This document shows positions 48,707 through 58,780 of a stretch of 64,000 bases of DNA, piece after piece. The stretch covers positions 128,001 to 192,000 of the forward strand of contig CAXXSR010000001.1 in assembly GCA_963662615.2 (NCBI GenBank), in the 5' to 3' direction. The first letter of the stretch is position 1; each line of letters starts with the position of its first letter. Under the pieces are notes generated by a model. The model was not told the origin of the DNA, did not search any database, and saw nothing but the letters and a program-made list of their open reading frames with translations. Both the position numbers and the translations under genes were made by a program. The DNA comes from Dehalococcoidia bacterium. GTDB taxonomy: Bacteria > Chloroflexota > Dehalococcoidia > Bin125.

Positions 48707-48804
48707 TCGTTGCCCCCTCCGCTCTCACTGCCACCCTTCCGACCGGTCTTGGATGCGAGTCACGATGATAGGTCCCAGCAGCGCTGGGGGCGAGGATGGC
48801 GGCG

Positions 48805-49312
48805 CCCGGCGGCTTCATGGTGGGCGACGCGCTCTACAGCTTCGAGATCGTCGAACGCGACAGCCGCTCCGAACAGGATCTGGCGGTGCCCGCGGTGATC
48901 GAGCTGGTTGGGGACATCGGCGTGCGGTACGTCATCGGTTCCATGCGGGACGACTACTCCGTCATCACGCAGGAGTACGCGAACCAGGAGGGCGTCATCC
49001 TGTTCCCCGGCTCGATGATTCACCAGACGTACCTCACCCCGGAGACCGTGGCCCCCGGTGGCGAGAAGCGTTTCCGCTTCAAGGTTCACCCGACTCACTT
49101 CGTCAGGGACGTGTTCTTGGCGGTGGGGGTGTCCGACTTCGTCCCGGAAGCGAAGAGCTCGGTGCTCTTCATCCGGGATGACCCCGTGGGCGATGCTGTC
49201 CCGCCATTCTGGACGTGGCGGAGCCGAAGGTGGGCCGCGAGCCGCCGGCTTTCCTCAAATCCCCGCCGGGCACGACCGACTTTGCCCCCATCGTGACGCG
49301 GTTGAAGGCCTT
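48805..49312 (+). pseudogene. Internal fragment of an ABC substrate-binding protein, frameshifted
   Basis: PGGFMVGDALYSFEIVERDSRS...KVHP...AKSSVL, then PPGTTDFAPIVTRLKA in another frame; paralog of 6081-7574 and 63035-64000. Confidence 0.8.
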
Positions 49313-49447
49313 GGCGCTCAGAAACTCTCCTCAGAGCGCCGTCATTGCCGGCCGCTGGCGGCGGAGGTTCACACGTCTGGCTGCGCGACCCCGCCCGGTC
49401 CGACGACAGCGTCCTCACGCTCTCGCGGGAAGATCCCCCCTCTGGTC

Positions 49448-50995
49448 TCAAATTGACGCGCGCATCCAATCGGCAATGCGCTCACCGATCATGATGCAGG
49501 GGAGGTTGGTGTTCGCAGTGGGAATCGCTGGCATAATGGAGGCGTCGACTACGCGCAGGTTTTGCAGCCCGCGGACACGTCCCTGCTGATCGACGACGGC
49601 ACTGGGGTCGTCCGGCGGACCCATCTTGCAGGTGCAGCTCAGATGGTTGCCCGTGGTGGCCTCGGCGCGGAGGTACTCGTCCAGCGCCGCATCATCGCGC
49701 AGGGTGGCCTCGTCCAGCCCCACCACCCGCTCCGTCATCTCACGCATGGCCGGCGAGTGGACCATGTCCCAGGAGAGCCGCGTGCCCTCCCGCAAGCGGC
49801 GCATGTCGTTGGGGTCGTCGCCATAATTGAGGGTGACCAGCGGCGCCTCATGGCAGTCAGCGCTGCGAAGACGGACGCGGCCGCGCGTCTTGGGCACATG
49901 CTCAAGGACGACTCCCATGACGAAGAGCCTCAGCCAGCCATACGCGTCCTTTAACTCCGGCCCCTCTGACCAGGTGGCATACGTGAGCGGCAGCAGCTGC
50001 ATGTCGTTGGCGCGTGCGCTCCCTTCCGATGTGTAGCGGAGGGTGACCTGAACGACCGGATCCTCTGCCTTGGCATCCATCCCTTCCTTGTACAGGCACC
50101 GGATCACCGCCACCGGGTGATCGGTCAGGTTGGCGCCAACGCCCGGCAGATCCACCATGATTGGGATGCCCAGCGCCTCCAACTCCGCCCGGGGCCCCAC
50201 ACCAGAGCGCCAAAGGATGGGCGGCGTCTGAATCGCGCCCGCGGAGAGCACGATGTGCCGACCAGAGACGGTCTGCATTTCGCCGCCGCACTCCACCTCC
50301 AGGCCGACGGCGCGGTCCCCTTCGAAGATCACACGATTGACCAGGCAGTCGGCGCGGATGCTCAAGTTGAGGCGGTGGCGCGCCGGCGCCAGGTAGCCCA
50401 CCGCGGTGTCGATACGGGCACGGCCACTCCGATTCATGGCGATAGGGCTGACGCCGGTTGAGTCGGGGTGGTTGTGGTCCGGCGCGTACTCGTAGCCATG
50501 GTCGATGCACGCGGTCATGAAGGCCTTGTGCAAGGGGAGGAGTTCATGCTCTTTCCAGCGCACGATAGGGATGGGGCCTCCCTGCCCGTGGTAATCGCCG
50601 CCCTCATCTTGGTCGTCCTCCAGGCGGCGGAAGTAGGGGAGGACGTCTTTCCAGGACCAGTCTGGGTTGCCCAGCGCCGCCCATTCGTCGTAGTCGGTGG
50701 GACCAGTGCGCACGGCCATACAACCGTTGACGGACGAAGAGCCGCCGACGACTTTCCCGCGCGGCAACTGGATCATGCGGCCGGGAAACGCCTCGCCTTC
50801 GAAGTTCCAGTCGTGCGCGTCCAGCGAATGACAGTAGCTGCTGGCCAGATCGTCGGGCCTCTGGTCTAGGTTGGCGTAGTCGGGGCCCGCCTCCAGGAGC
50901 AGGACGCTGCGATGGCTGTCCTCGCTCAACCGTGCCGCCAGCACCGCGCCTGATGATCCCGCACCCACAATGATGACGTCGTATTCCGCTGACAT
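49448..50995 (-). CDS. GMC-family oxidoreductase (choline dehydrogenase/MftG-like)
   Basis: VGAGSSG, RGKVVGGSSSVNG, GAIQTP...SGVG, HLSCTCKMG, ANTN. Confidence 0.92.
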   Translation of the reverse strand: MSAEYDVIIVGAGSSGAVLAARLSEDSHRSVLLLEAGPDYANLDQRPDDLASSYCHSLDAHDWNFEGEAFPGRMIQLPRGKVVGGSSSVNGCMAVRTGPTDYDEWAALGNPDWSWKDVLPYFRRLEDDQDEGGDYHGQGGPIPIVRWKEHELLPLHKAFMTACIDHGYEYAPDHNHPDSTGVSPIAMNRSGRARIDTAVGYLAPARHRLNLSIRADCLVNRVIFEGDRAVGLEVECGGEMQTVSGRHIVLSAGAIQTPPILWRSGVGPRAELEALGIPIMVDLPGVGANLTDHPVAVIRCLYKEGMDAKAEDPVVQVTLRYTSEGSARANDMQLLPLTYATWSEGPELKDAYGWLRLFVMGVVLEHVPKTRGRVRLRSADCHEAPLVTLNYGDDPNDMRRLREGTRLSWDMVHSPAMREMTERVVGLDEATLRDDAALDEYLRAEATTGNHLSCTCKMGPPDDPSAVVDQQGRVRGLQNLRVVDASIMPAIPTANTNLPCIMIGERIADWMRASI

Positions 50996-51221
50996 CGCCC
51001 CTGCCCCCCCCGAGCATGCGACCGCGCCGGCGTGAGCTGGGCGCCGCCGTCCGGCGCATCGTAGCATCGCGCAGGTGGAGGACGAAAAGAAACCGGCGGT
51101 TCCGCTGCGAGCAAAGCGGCGCGGCCACACCGGCGGCGGTGGACGGCAGGAGGCGGTGCACTGACGCGACGCCGCGCACGCACGCCCCGGCGGACTCCGG
51201 GAAGCGGTTGGGAGAATCAGT

Positions 51222-51932
51222 ATGTCCGAGCGCCGCACCGCGCCAGCCAGCTTCCTCTCGCGAGCCGGCTTTCCCGGCTACGTCGTCGTGGCAGCGCTCA
51301 TCGCCCTGCTCTTTTTCAGCGCCTGCGGTGGCGACGATTCCGGCGATGCGGCCGCCGCTCCCGCGATCGACTCCACTTCGGCCGGGGCGGAAGTCCCGAC
51401 TGCCGCCGCCGACAGCGCGGCAGTCCCGGCTGACGATGACGGGGCCGCCGCCGCCGCCGCCACGCCTGACGCCGACGCCCCGGTGCCCGCCGAGGCGGGC
51501 CGGCGGCCGCAGACTGGCGAGACTGTATCCGTCCACTATCACGGGACGCTCGATGACGGCGAGGTGTTCGACTCCTCACGTGAGCGAGCGACACCGTTCA
51601 CTTTTGTGGTCGGAGTCGGTAATGTCATCCCAGGGTTCGATGAAGCCGTGCTGGGCCTGGCGATCGGCGAGACGGTCACCGTCCGCATCCCGCCGGCCGA
51701 GGCCTACGGCGAACGCAACCCCGACCTGGTGGCGGAGGTGGCGTGGGACGAGGCCCCGGCGAGCCTCAGCAGCCTGCGCGGGAGCCTCACTGTTGGCGAC
51801 CGCCTCCCGCTAGGCAGCGGCGGAGCGGTCATCGTCGTTGCCCTCACGGACGAGAGCGTCACCCTCGATCAGAATCATCGCTTGGCCGGCCAGGCGCTCA
51901 CGTTTGAGCTCGAGCTTCTCTCGATCGAGTGA
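51222..51932 (+). CDS. FKBP-type peptidyl-prolyl isomerase (SlyD-like) with lipoprotein signal
   Basis: FSAC-GGDD lipobox; VHYHGTLDDGEVFDSS, IPGFD, AYG, NHRLAGQALTF. Confidence 0.88.
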   Translation: MSERRTAPASFLSRAGFPGYVVVAALIALLFFSACGGDDSGDAAAAPAIDSTSAGAEVPTAAADSAAVPADDDGAAAAAATPDADAPVPAEAGRRPQTGETVSVHYHGTLDDGEVFDSSRERATPFTFVVGVGNVIPGFDEAVLGLAIGETVTVRIPPAEAYGERNPDLVAEVAWDEAPASLSSLRGSLTVGDRLPLGSGGAVIVVALTDESVTLDQNHRLAGQALTFELELLSIE

Positions 51933-52214
51933 GGCGTTGCCCGTGAGCGCGCGCATGCCCACCCCGCCGCTACTACAGCGCTTGAGAGGGCGACGTCGCG
52001 GCCCTCCTCGGCGTGAGGGGCGGGTGTGGTCACCTCGCTCCCAGCGATTGCGGTGGCTCGCCAGGCAAGGTCGCCCTCCACGCCAATCACTGGGTTCCGA
52101 CGTGGCGGTGTTCAGTGCGACGAGGGACTTTTCAGGGATGACGAACTCAGGGACGATGGATGCTCGGCGGGGAGCCGAGCCGGCAGCACCGCGCTGTCGG
52201 AGGGAGGAGATGCC

Positions 52215-52952
52215 GTGGACGGCGTTCTATCGGATATCAAAGCGCTCACCTTCGACGTTGGCGGCACGGTTTTCGACTGGCACAGCACAATCCGCGACGA
52301 AGTCGCTCGACTCGCTGGGGAGCGTGGGGTCGAGGTCGATGCTCCCAAGCTGACGAATGACTGGCGCTCACGGATGTTCGAGCTGCTCGCCTCCGTGCGC
52401 AGCGGTGATCTCCCCTGGATGAACGCCGATCAAATGCACCGCCGGGCGCTGGACGACATCCTGCCGAACCACCCCACGCTGGCGCTCAGCGCCGCCGCGC
52501 GTGACGATCTCAACCTCGTGTGGCATCGCCTCAGGGTCTGGCCGGACTTCCCGCCCGCTCTCGAGCGATTGCGCAGCCGCTACACGGTCGTGGTGCTGAC
52601 AATACTGAGTTGGTCCATCGCCGTTGACAGCTCCAAGCGTGGCGGGCTCTGGTGGGATGGAATCATCTCCTGTGAGTTCTTGGGGCATTACAAGCCCGAC
52701 CGGGAGGTCTACGAGAATGGCGTCCGCCTCCTGGGCGTCGCTCCCGAGCAGGCCATGATGGTGGCCGCCCACCCAGGCGATCTCCGCGGCGCCAAGGCTG
52801 CCGGGCTGCACACCGCCTACGTCCCGCGACCCGACGAACGCGGACCCGGCACCCTTGCCGGCTTCGATGACCCGGACCTCTCGCCGCAAGCCGACTTCGA
52901 CATCAATGCGCGGGACTTCGCCGACCTGGCGCGGCGTCTGGTGGGCGGATAG
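52215..52952 (+). CDS. Haloacid dehalogenase type II family
   Basis: FDVGGTVFDW, WHRL, YKPD, MVAAHPGDL; GGAGG RBS before GTG. Confidence 0.88.
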   Translation: MDGVLSDIKALTFDVGGTVFDWHSTIRDEVARLAGERGVEVDAPKLTNDWRSRMFELLASVRSGDLPWMNADQMHRRALDDILPNHPTLALSAAARDDLNLVWHRLRVWPDFPPALERLRSRYTVVVLTILSWSIAVDSSKRGGLWWDGIISCEFLGHYKPDREVYENGVRLLGVAPEQAMMVAAHPGDLRGAKAAGLHTAYVPRPDERGPGTLAGFDDPDLSPQADFDINARDFADLARRLVGG

Positions 52953-52978
52953 ATGGGGACCCCGCGGAGGAGAGCCGG

Positions 52979-53971
52979 ATGAACGCGCTGCCCCTCGACG
53001 TCGTTGGCGTGGGAAACGCCATCGTCGATGTGATCGCTGCGGCGGCGGACTCCGAGCTGCGGCGGCTCGGGCTCGAAAAGGGCGCGATGCAGTTGATCGA
53101 TTCGGCTCGCGTACACGAGCTGTACGAGCGGATGGCTGCCGGGGTCGAAGTCTCCGGCGGCTCCGCCGCCAATACGCTTGCCGGCATCGCCTCACTGGGC
53201 GGCAGGGCAGCCTTTATTGGCAAGGTCCGAGATGATCAGTTCGGCGAGGTGTTCAGCCACGACCTCCAGGCCGCCGGCGTCGAATGCCGCACACGCCCCG
53301 CGACGGCTGGAGCGCCGACCGGGCGTAGCCTCATCTTCGTGACGCCCGACGCGCAGCGCACCATGCAGACCTACCTCGGCGTGAGCGGGGAACTCGGCCC
53401 GGACGACATCGATCCGGAGGTCATTGGCCGGGCCCGCATCACCTATCTGGAGGGCTACTTGTTCGATAAGGACGAGGCCAAGGATGCGTTCATCAAGGCG
53501 GCGGAGATCGCCCATGCCGCCGGACGCAAGGTGGCGCTGTCCCTGTCCGATCGGCTCTGCGTCGATCGCCACCGCGCCTCGTTCCAGGATCTGGTCTCGC
53601 GGCACGTTGACATCCTGTTCGCCAACGAGGCCGAGATCACGGCTCTGTTCGAGGTCCGGGACTTCGACGCCGCGACGCACGAGATCCAGGGCCACTGCGC
53701 GATGGCGGCGCTCACCCGCGGGGCGGAGGGCGCGACCATCGTCACCGCCGAGTCCAGCATCGCCATCGCCGCCACGCCTGTGGCGCGGGTGATCGACACC
53801 ACCGGCGCGGGCGACCTCTTCGCCGCGGGAGTGCTCTACGGGCTCAGCCAACGCCTGGAACTCGCCGCCTGCGGGCGCATTGGCAGCATGGCCGCCGCCG
53901 AGATCATCAGCCATTACGGCGCCCGGCCTGAAACTTCACTCGCCACACTGCTGGCTCAGGAGAGCGGCTGA
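52979..53971 (+). CDS. Adenosine kinase-like PfkB carbohydrate kinase
   Basis: GNAIVD, GGSAANT, EGYL, FANE, DTTGAGD. Confidence 0.92.
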   Translation: MNALPLDVVGVGNAIVDVIAAAADSELRRLGLEKGAMQLIDSARVHELYERMAAGVEVSGGSAANTLAGIASLGGRAAFIGKVRDDQFGEVFSHDLQAAGVECRTRPATAGAPTGRSLIFVTPDAQRTMQTYLGVSGELGPDDIDPEVIGRARITYLEGYLFDKDEAKDAFIKAAEIAHAAGRKVALSLSDRLCVDRHRASFQDLVSRHVDILFANEAEITALFEVRDFDAATHEIQGHCAMAALTRGAEGATIVTAESSIAIAATPVARVIDTTGAGDLFAAGVLYGLSQRLELAACGRIGSMAAAEIISHYGARPETSLATLLAQESG

Positions 53972-54185
53972 GTTCGTAATGGCGAGCCGCCGCGACCGTC
54001 GCCGTGTTCGAGGATCCGGTGGCGCGTGTCGCGGCCCTCGCAATCTGCCCCGGTGCAGGCGAACTAGACGTCAGGACGCTCTAGGGCCGCTTTCTGATCG
54101 ACGACACGAATCGGCAGATCGGGCACGCCGTGGTGATGGTGCGCTGGGAGAGCTGGCCTCGCGGCCGGCTGAACGGATCGATGGA

Positions 54186-55622
54186 CTAGACAGCCGGCCG
54201 GGAGAGCATGTGGGGCTCCACTCGGCGGGGGAGCCAGCTGCCGTCAAGAGGGCTGCCAACCAAGGCTCCGTCCTCCACAATGACCTTGCCCCGCAGCACG
54301 GTGACGACCGGATAGCCCCGGCAGGCGAAGCCCTCCCAGATGCTGTAGTCCGAGTCCGCGTGCAGATTGTCCAGTGTGATCGTTCTTTCGAGGCTGGGAT
54401 CGATCATGACGAAGTCGGCGTCGCTGCCGGGCAAGATCGCACCCTTGCGCGGGTAGAGCCCCAGGATCTTCGCCGCGTTCGTGGCGATGACGTCGGCAAA
54501 CCGCTGGAGGGGCATCCCACGTTCTTGGACGAGCTTGGTGAAGGCGACAGGAACGCGCGTCTCGATCCCGTTGTGACCACCGCAGACCGAATCAAGCGTC
54601 TGCCCCCAGAGCTTCACGTCTTTCGAGGTGGTGTACTCGTCCGTCGCGGTGGTGGCAAGCCGCCCGTCCATGAGCCCGGCGATCAGCGCCTCGCGGTCGG
54701 CCGCTGACTTGAGGGCGGGATAGGTATGGATCGCCGTTCCGCCCGGCCGTTTGTAATCGTCCCCCGTGAAGTGGAGGTAGTGGTGCAGCGCTTCGCCGTA
54801 CACGGGGAGGCCTTGATCGCGCGCCTCGGCGATGGCCTCGACTCCCTCCTTCGCCGTCGTATGGACGAAATAGATGCCGACGCCTGCCCGCTTCGCCATG
54901 CGGATCACGGTCCGGAAGGCGACGTCCTCGGAGAGGTTGCTGTGGACCAGCGGCAAATTGTAGCCCTGATCGCGGCCCTCCCGCTTGAGCTTCTCGCGCG
55001 TGTAGCGAACGATCTCGTCCTCCTCAGCGTGGACGGCCATGATGCCGCCCGACCTCGCGACCTCTTCGAAGACAGCGCTGAGGTGGCCGTAGGGCACCCG
55101 AGTCGGGCCAAACGTCGTGAAGACCTTGAAGCTCGCGACGCCCTCCTGCACCGCCTCCCCGATCTCCCCCAGGGTCGTTGGCGGCACCTCGCCGGTCAGG
55201 ATGGCGTGAAAGGTGAAGTCCGTGTGGCAGTGACCGGCGAAGTGCGCCTTCCGATCATCGATGCGCTCCATGATCGACGGCGCCGACGCTTCTCCATCGC
55301 GGCGCTCCCGCGGCCAGGCGAAATCGACGATGGTGGTGACGCCGCCGAACGCCGCCGCGCGACTGGCGCCCTCCGTGCCCTGCGTGAAAACGTCGGGCCG
55401 GCCGGCCCACTCGATTCGGACGCGATGCGCGATATGCGCATGGGGCTCGATCCCACCCGGGAAGACGATCTTGCCCGTGGCGTCAATGACGCGCGCCGCG
55501 TCGTCGTCCAAGGAGCCGCGCGCGGCAAGCGCGACGATCGTTTCGCCGACAACGCCGATATCGAGGGGCGCGACGGTCTCCGGAGTGACGACCTCCCCAC
55601 CGCGGATGATCAGGTCCAGCAG
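54186..55622 (-). CDS. Dihydropyrimidinase/hydantoinase-like cyclic amidohydrolase; apparent CTG start
   Basis: LDLIIRGG N-terminus upstream of the ORF-track start; PGGIEPHAH, GGVTT, SFKVF, VHAE, GSDAD. Confidence 0.85.
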   Translation of the reverse strand: MLDLIIRGGEVVTPETVAPLDIGVVGETIVALAARGSLDDDAARVIDATGKIVFPGGIEPHAHIAHRVRIEWAGRPDVFTQGTEGASRAAAFGGVTTIVDFAWPRERRDGEASAPSIMERIDDRKAHFAGHCHTDFTFHAILTGEVPPTTLGEIGEAVQEGVASFKVFTTFGPTRVPYGHLSAVFEEVARSGGIMAVHAEEDEIVRYTREKLKREGRDQGYNLPLVHSNLSEDVAFRTVIRMAKRAGVGIYFVHTTAKEGVEAIAEARDQGLPVYGEALHHYLHFTGDDYKRPGGTAIHTYPALKSAADREALIAGLMDGRLATTATDEYTTSKDVKLWGQTLDSVCGGHNGIETRVPVAFTKLVQERGMPLQRFADVIATNAAKILGLYPRKGAILPGSDADFVMIDPSLERTITLDNLHADSDYSIWEGFACRGYPVVTVLRGKVIVEDGALVGSPLDGSWLPRRVEPHMLSRPAV

Positions 55623-55704
55623 CTGCGCACCTCACATCCGCGTCGTCGCGGTCCGGCACCGCGTCGCTGGGCCGAAGGATAGACCCCTCGACAAGAGCGA
55701 GGGG

Positions 55705-57291
55705 TCACGTGGCGGGACGTCCGCGCCGCAACGCCCGCCCCGGCAGCGCGCCGGTGTTTTTGCCCTGGTCGATCACGAGCTGCCCGTTCACGATCACGTA
55801 CTCGATGCCCTGCGGGAACTGGCGCGGGTCCGAGCGAGACGCGGGGGCGTGGACGGTCTCGGCATCGAAGACGACGACGTCGGCGCGAAACCCGTCGCGC
55901 AGCAGGCCGCGGTCGGGCAGGCCCAGGCGCTGGGCCGGGAACGACGTCATCTTGCGGATCGCCTCTTCCAGGGAGAGCGTGCGCTCCCGCCGGACGAAAT
56001 GCCCCAAGACGTGGGGGAAGCAGCCGTAGGTTCGAGGACTGGGATGCGCGCCGAGGAGGATCGCGTCGCTGGCGATCATGCCGTACGGGTGCGCCACGAA
56101 GGCCGGGATCGCCGTTTCCGCGGGGGCGGCGCCGATCCAGGTGAGGCCGAGGTTCTCGGCGAGGATCAGGTCCGCCAGCGCGTCGACCGGATCTTGGTTC
56201 CGCGTGGCGGCAATCTCGGCGATGGTGCGGCCGTCGTATTGGACGTTGTCCGGCTGCGTGAAGTTCGTCAGCCAGCCCAGCTCCCAGCCTTGGCGCGCTG
56301 GCCGGCGGCTGAGTTCCTCCTTAATCCGCGCCCGGTCCGCCGGGCGATCGAGCGCCTGGATGATCCCTTCGGGTCCGCCCTCTTTCGTCCAATCAGGCAG
56401 GAGGATCGTGGCGGTGGTGCTGGCATACGGATAGGGGTAGGCGTCAAAGGTGACGTCCAGGCCGTCGCGGCGGGCGTCCTCCACGAGTTCCAGATAGGCG
56501 TGGCGACCCGCGGGGCTGTCGGTGGGCTGGTAGTAGTGCGTCAGGTGCACCGGGGCGTCGCTGCGACGCCCGATCTCCAGCGCCTCCTCCCAAGGCAGGA
56601 GTGGGCTTTGCGCCCGCAGGCTGGAGCGCGTGTGCGTATGGTAGAAGCCTCCCGCTCTGCCGCAGACTTCCATCAGCGCCACCAGCTCGTCCGTGCTCGC
56701 GTACGATCCTGGAGGGTAATCGAGGCCCGTGGAGAGCCCCCAGGCGCCCGCCTCCATCGCCTCGCGCACGACGGACTGCATCTCCGCGACTTCCTCCTCG
56801 CTGGCTGGACGGTCGTGCCAGCCCACGGACCAGATGCGGACGGGCGAGCCGCCCAGGATGTGGGCCACGTTGATGGCCACGGTGCGATCGTAGCGGTCGA
56901 GCAGATCGCCCACGGTGAGCCAGTGGGCCGCTTGCGGCGGGTACCCGTTCAGCCCGGCGTTGAGCCAGATGTACCGATCCCGCTCCTCCCGCGAGCGGAA
57001 CGGCGCGTAGGAGATCCCGTCGACGCCGATGAGCTCGGTCGTGACCCCCTGCCGGACCTTCGGATCGTGGTGCGGCTCCCCGAAAATCGTGAACCCGGCA
57101 TGCGAGTGCAGGTCGATGAAGCCGGGGCAGACGACGCGAGCGGAGGCGTCGATGGTGCGGCGGGCCACGATTCCGTCCGCCGTCCCGCGTTGAATCGCTA
57201 CCCGATCGCCGTCCACGAGCACGTGCGCGCGGAAGCCGGGACTCCCGCTCCCGTCGATGATGAGGCCGCCGCGGATCAGCAGATCGACCAT
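55705..57291 (-). CDS. N-acyl-D-amino-acid deacylase (D-aminoacylase)
   Basis: PGFIDLHSH, QGVTTE, GLSTGLDY, SPRTYG, EAIRKMT. Confidence 0.92.
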   Translation of the reverse strand: MVDLLIRGGLIIDGSGSPGFRAHVLVDGDRVAIQRGTADGIVARRTIDASARVVCPGFIDLHSHAGFTIFGEPHHDPKVRQGVTTELIGVDGISYAPFRSREERDRYIWLNAGLNGYPPQAAHWLTVGDLLDRYDRTVAINVAHILGGSPVRIWSVGWHDRPASEEEVAEMQSVVREAMEAGAWGLSTGLDYPPGSYASTDELVALMEVCGRAGGFYHTHTRSSLRAQSPLLPWEEALEIGRRSDAPVHLTHYYQPTDSPAGRHAYLELVEDARRDGLDVTFDAYPYPYASTTATILLPDWTKEGGPEGIIQALDRPADRARIKEELSRRPARQGWELGWLTNFTQPDNVQYDGRTIAEIAATRNQDPVDALADLILAENLGLTWIGAAPAETAIPAFVAHPYGMIASDAILLGAHPSPRTYGCFPHVLGHFVRRERTLSLEEAIRKMTSFPAQRLGLPDRGLLRDGFRADVVVFDAETVHAPASRSDPRQFPQGIEYVIVNGQLVIDQGKNTGALPGRALRRGRPAT

Positions 57292-57450
57292 GGCACTCTG
57301 GCCCCCTTCGCATGCCCGCCGGGCGAGCCGACACCCGCCGGAGTGTACACGCGCTGCCAGGGACCACGAGCGAATCTGTCGGGGTGTGGCGCGTTGGCCA
57401 TGCTGATCAGCGCCATGCTGACCGGCGGTGCGCCCTCCGCGGTGGAGCTG

Positions 57451-58422
57451 CTAGGCGTTCACCACGTTGACCGGCGCGCCGTCCAGAAACGCCTTCAAGT
57501 TGCCCACAGCGATGTCCAGCAGGCGTTGGCGCGACTCCTTGGCGTACCAGGAGATGTGGGGAGTGATGATGCAGCGAGGTGCGCCAATCAACGGGCTGTC
57601 GGGCGGAGGCGGCTCCGTGTCCAGCACGTCCAAGGCGGCCCCGGCGATCTGCCCGGCCCGCAGGGCGTCGGCCAGCGCCTGCGAGTCCACCAAGGGCCCG
57701 CGACTGGTGTTCAGGAGGATGGCCGTGGGTTTCATCAAGCGCAGGCGTTCCGCGTTCACGAGGCGATCGGTTTCCGGAGTCAAGGGGCAGTGCAGGCTAA
57801 TCACGTCGGCCTCGCGGAAGAGCCGTTCCATCGATGTGTACTGCACGGGCAGGCCGCCGAGCTGCGCCGGAGTCAGCTCGACCGCATCATGGGCGATGAT
57901 ACGCATTCCCATGGCCGCGGCGATGCGAGCAAAGGCCAGGCCTATCCGACCGAGTCCGACCACGCCCAGTGTCTTGTCCGTCAGTTCAATCATGGGGGCA
58001 AGCGCAAAGCACCAATCCTCGCTTGTGCTCCACTCGCCGCGATGCACGGCGTCGCTGTGTATGCCCACGTGCCGGACGAGCTCGAGCATCAAGGCGGTCG
58101 CGTGCTGCGACACGGAGTTCGTGCCATAGGTCGGGATGTTCGTGACGGGGATCCCTCTGCTCTTCGCCGCGCCAACGTCGACGACGTCAAAGCCCGTCGC
58201 CATCACCCCCACGTATCGCAGCTGCGGCAATTCGTCGATCGTGTCGGCGGACAGAGGGGTCTTGTTGGTGAAGACGTAGGGCGCGTCTCTAGCACGCGCG
58301 ACAATCTGGTCGTCCGGAGTACGGTCATACACCGTGAGGTCACCAAAGATCTCCAGCGACTCCCATGACAGGTCCCCTGGGTTGAGCGTGTAACCATCCA
58401 AGACCACGATCGGTTCGGGCAC
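57451..58422 (-). CDS. Glycerate dehydrogenase/hydroxypyruvate reductase-type D-2-hydroxyacid dehydrogenase
   Basis: VLDGYTLNPGDLSW, GLGRIG, LNTSRG, ITPHISW. Confidence 0.92.
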   Translation of the reverse strand: MPEPIVVLDGYTLNPGDLSWESLEIFGDLTVYDRTPDDQIVARARDAPYVFTNKTPLSADTIDELPQLRYVGVMATGFDVVDVGAAKSRGIPVTNIPTYGTNSVSQHATALMLELVRHVGIHSDAVHRGEWSTSEDWCFALAPMIELTDKTLGVVGLGRIGLAFARIAAAMGMRIIAHDAVELTPAQLGGLPVQYTSMERLFREADVISLHCPLTPETDRLVNAERLRLMKPTAILLNTSRGPLVDSQALADALRAGQIAGAALDVLDTEPPPPDSPLIGAPRCIITPHISWYAKESRQRLLDIAVGNLKAFLDGAPVNVVNA

Positions 58423-58470
58423 GGTGCGGTCCTTCCATTGCGGCCGACTTCAGCGGGATCGGAGCCACGG

Positions 58471-58746
58471 TCAGCGGCGACCCGAGGGCGTCAGTTGCTC
58501 ATCCCCGCGCGCCAGGGCGGTAGAAATCGTCACAAGCAAGCGCCGCGCCGATTGCGCCGAAAGTTCAACCGCCACCCGCGCTCCCGGCCCGGCGGCCGGG
58601 TTGACGAAATCAAGGCAGAGGGCGTGCTCCATGGTTGCGTGGAAGGGATGGTCGAACGAGACGTTGACTTGTTCGAGCGGGAACCAGCCTTGCGCGCCTT
58701 TCCCGCTTCCAACGATTTCCGCCTTCTCGACGATCATGGTGCACAT
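58471..58746 (-). CDS. DUF6295-like small protein
   Basis: MCTMI...GSGKG..GW...DHP.HA..EHA...DF; AGGAGA RBS. Confidence 0.75.
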   Translation of the reverse strand: MCTMIVEKAEIVGSGKGAQGWFPLEQVNVSFDHPFHATMEHALCLDFVNPAAGPGARVAVELSAQSARRLLVTISTALARGDEQLTPSGRR

Positions 58747-58780
58747 GGACTCTCTCCTCGCCAGGACCCACCGGGCCGCG

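Noticed and set aside
55261-58368. 1035-aa plus-strand ORF and similar long shadow ORFs (46065-47684, 2183-3604, 43151-44386)
   Set aside because: Antisense shadows of well-supported genes, expected at high GC.
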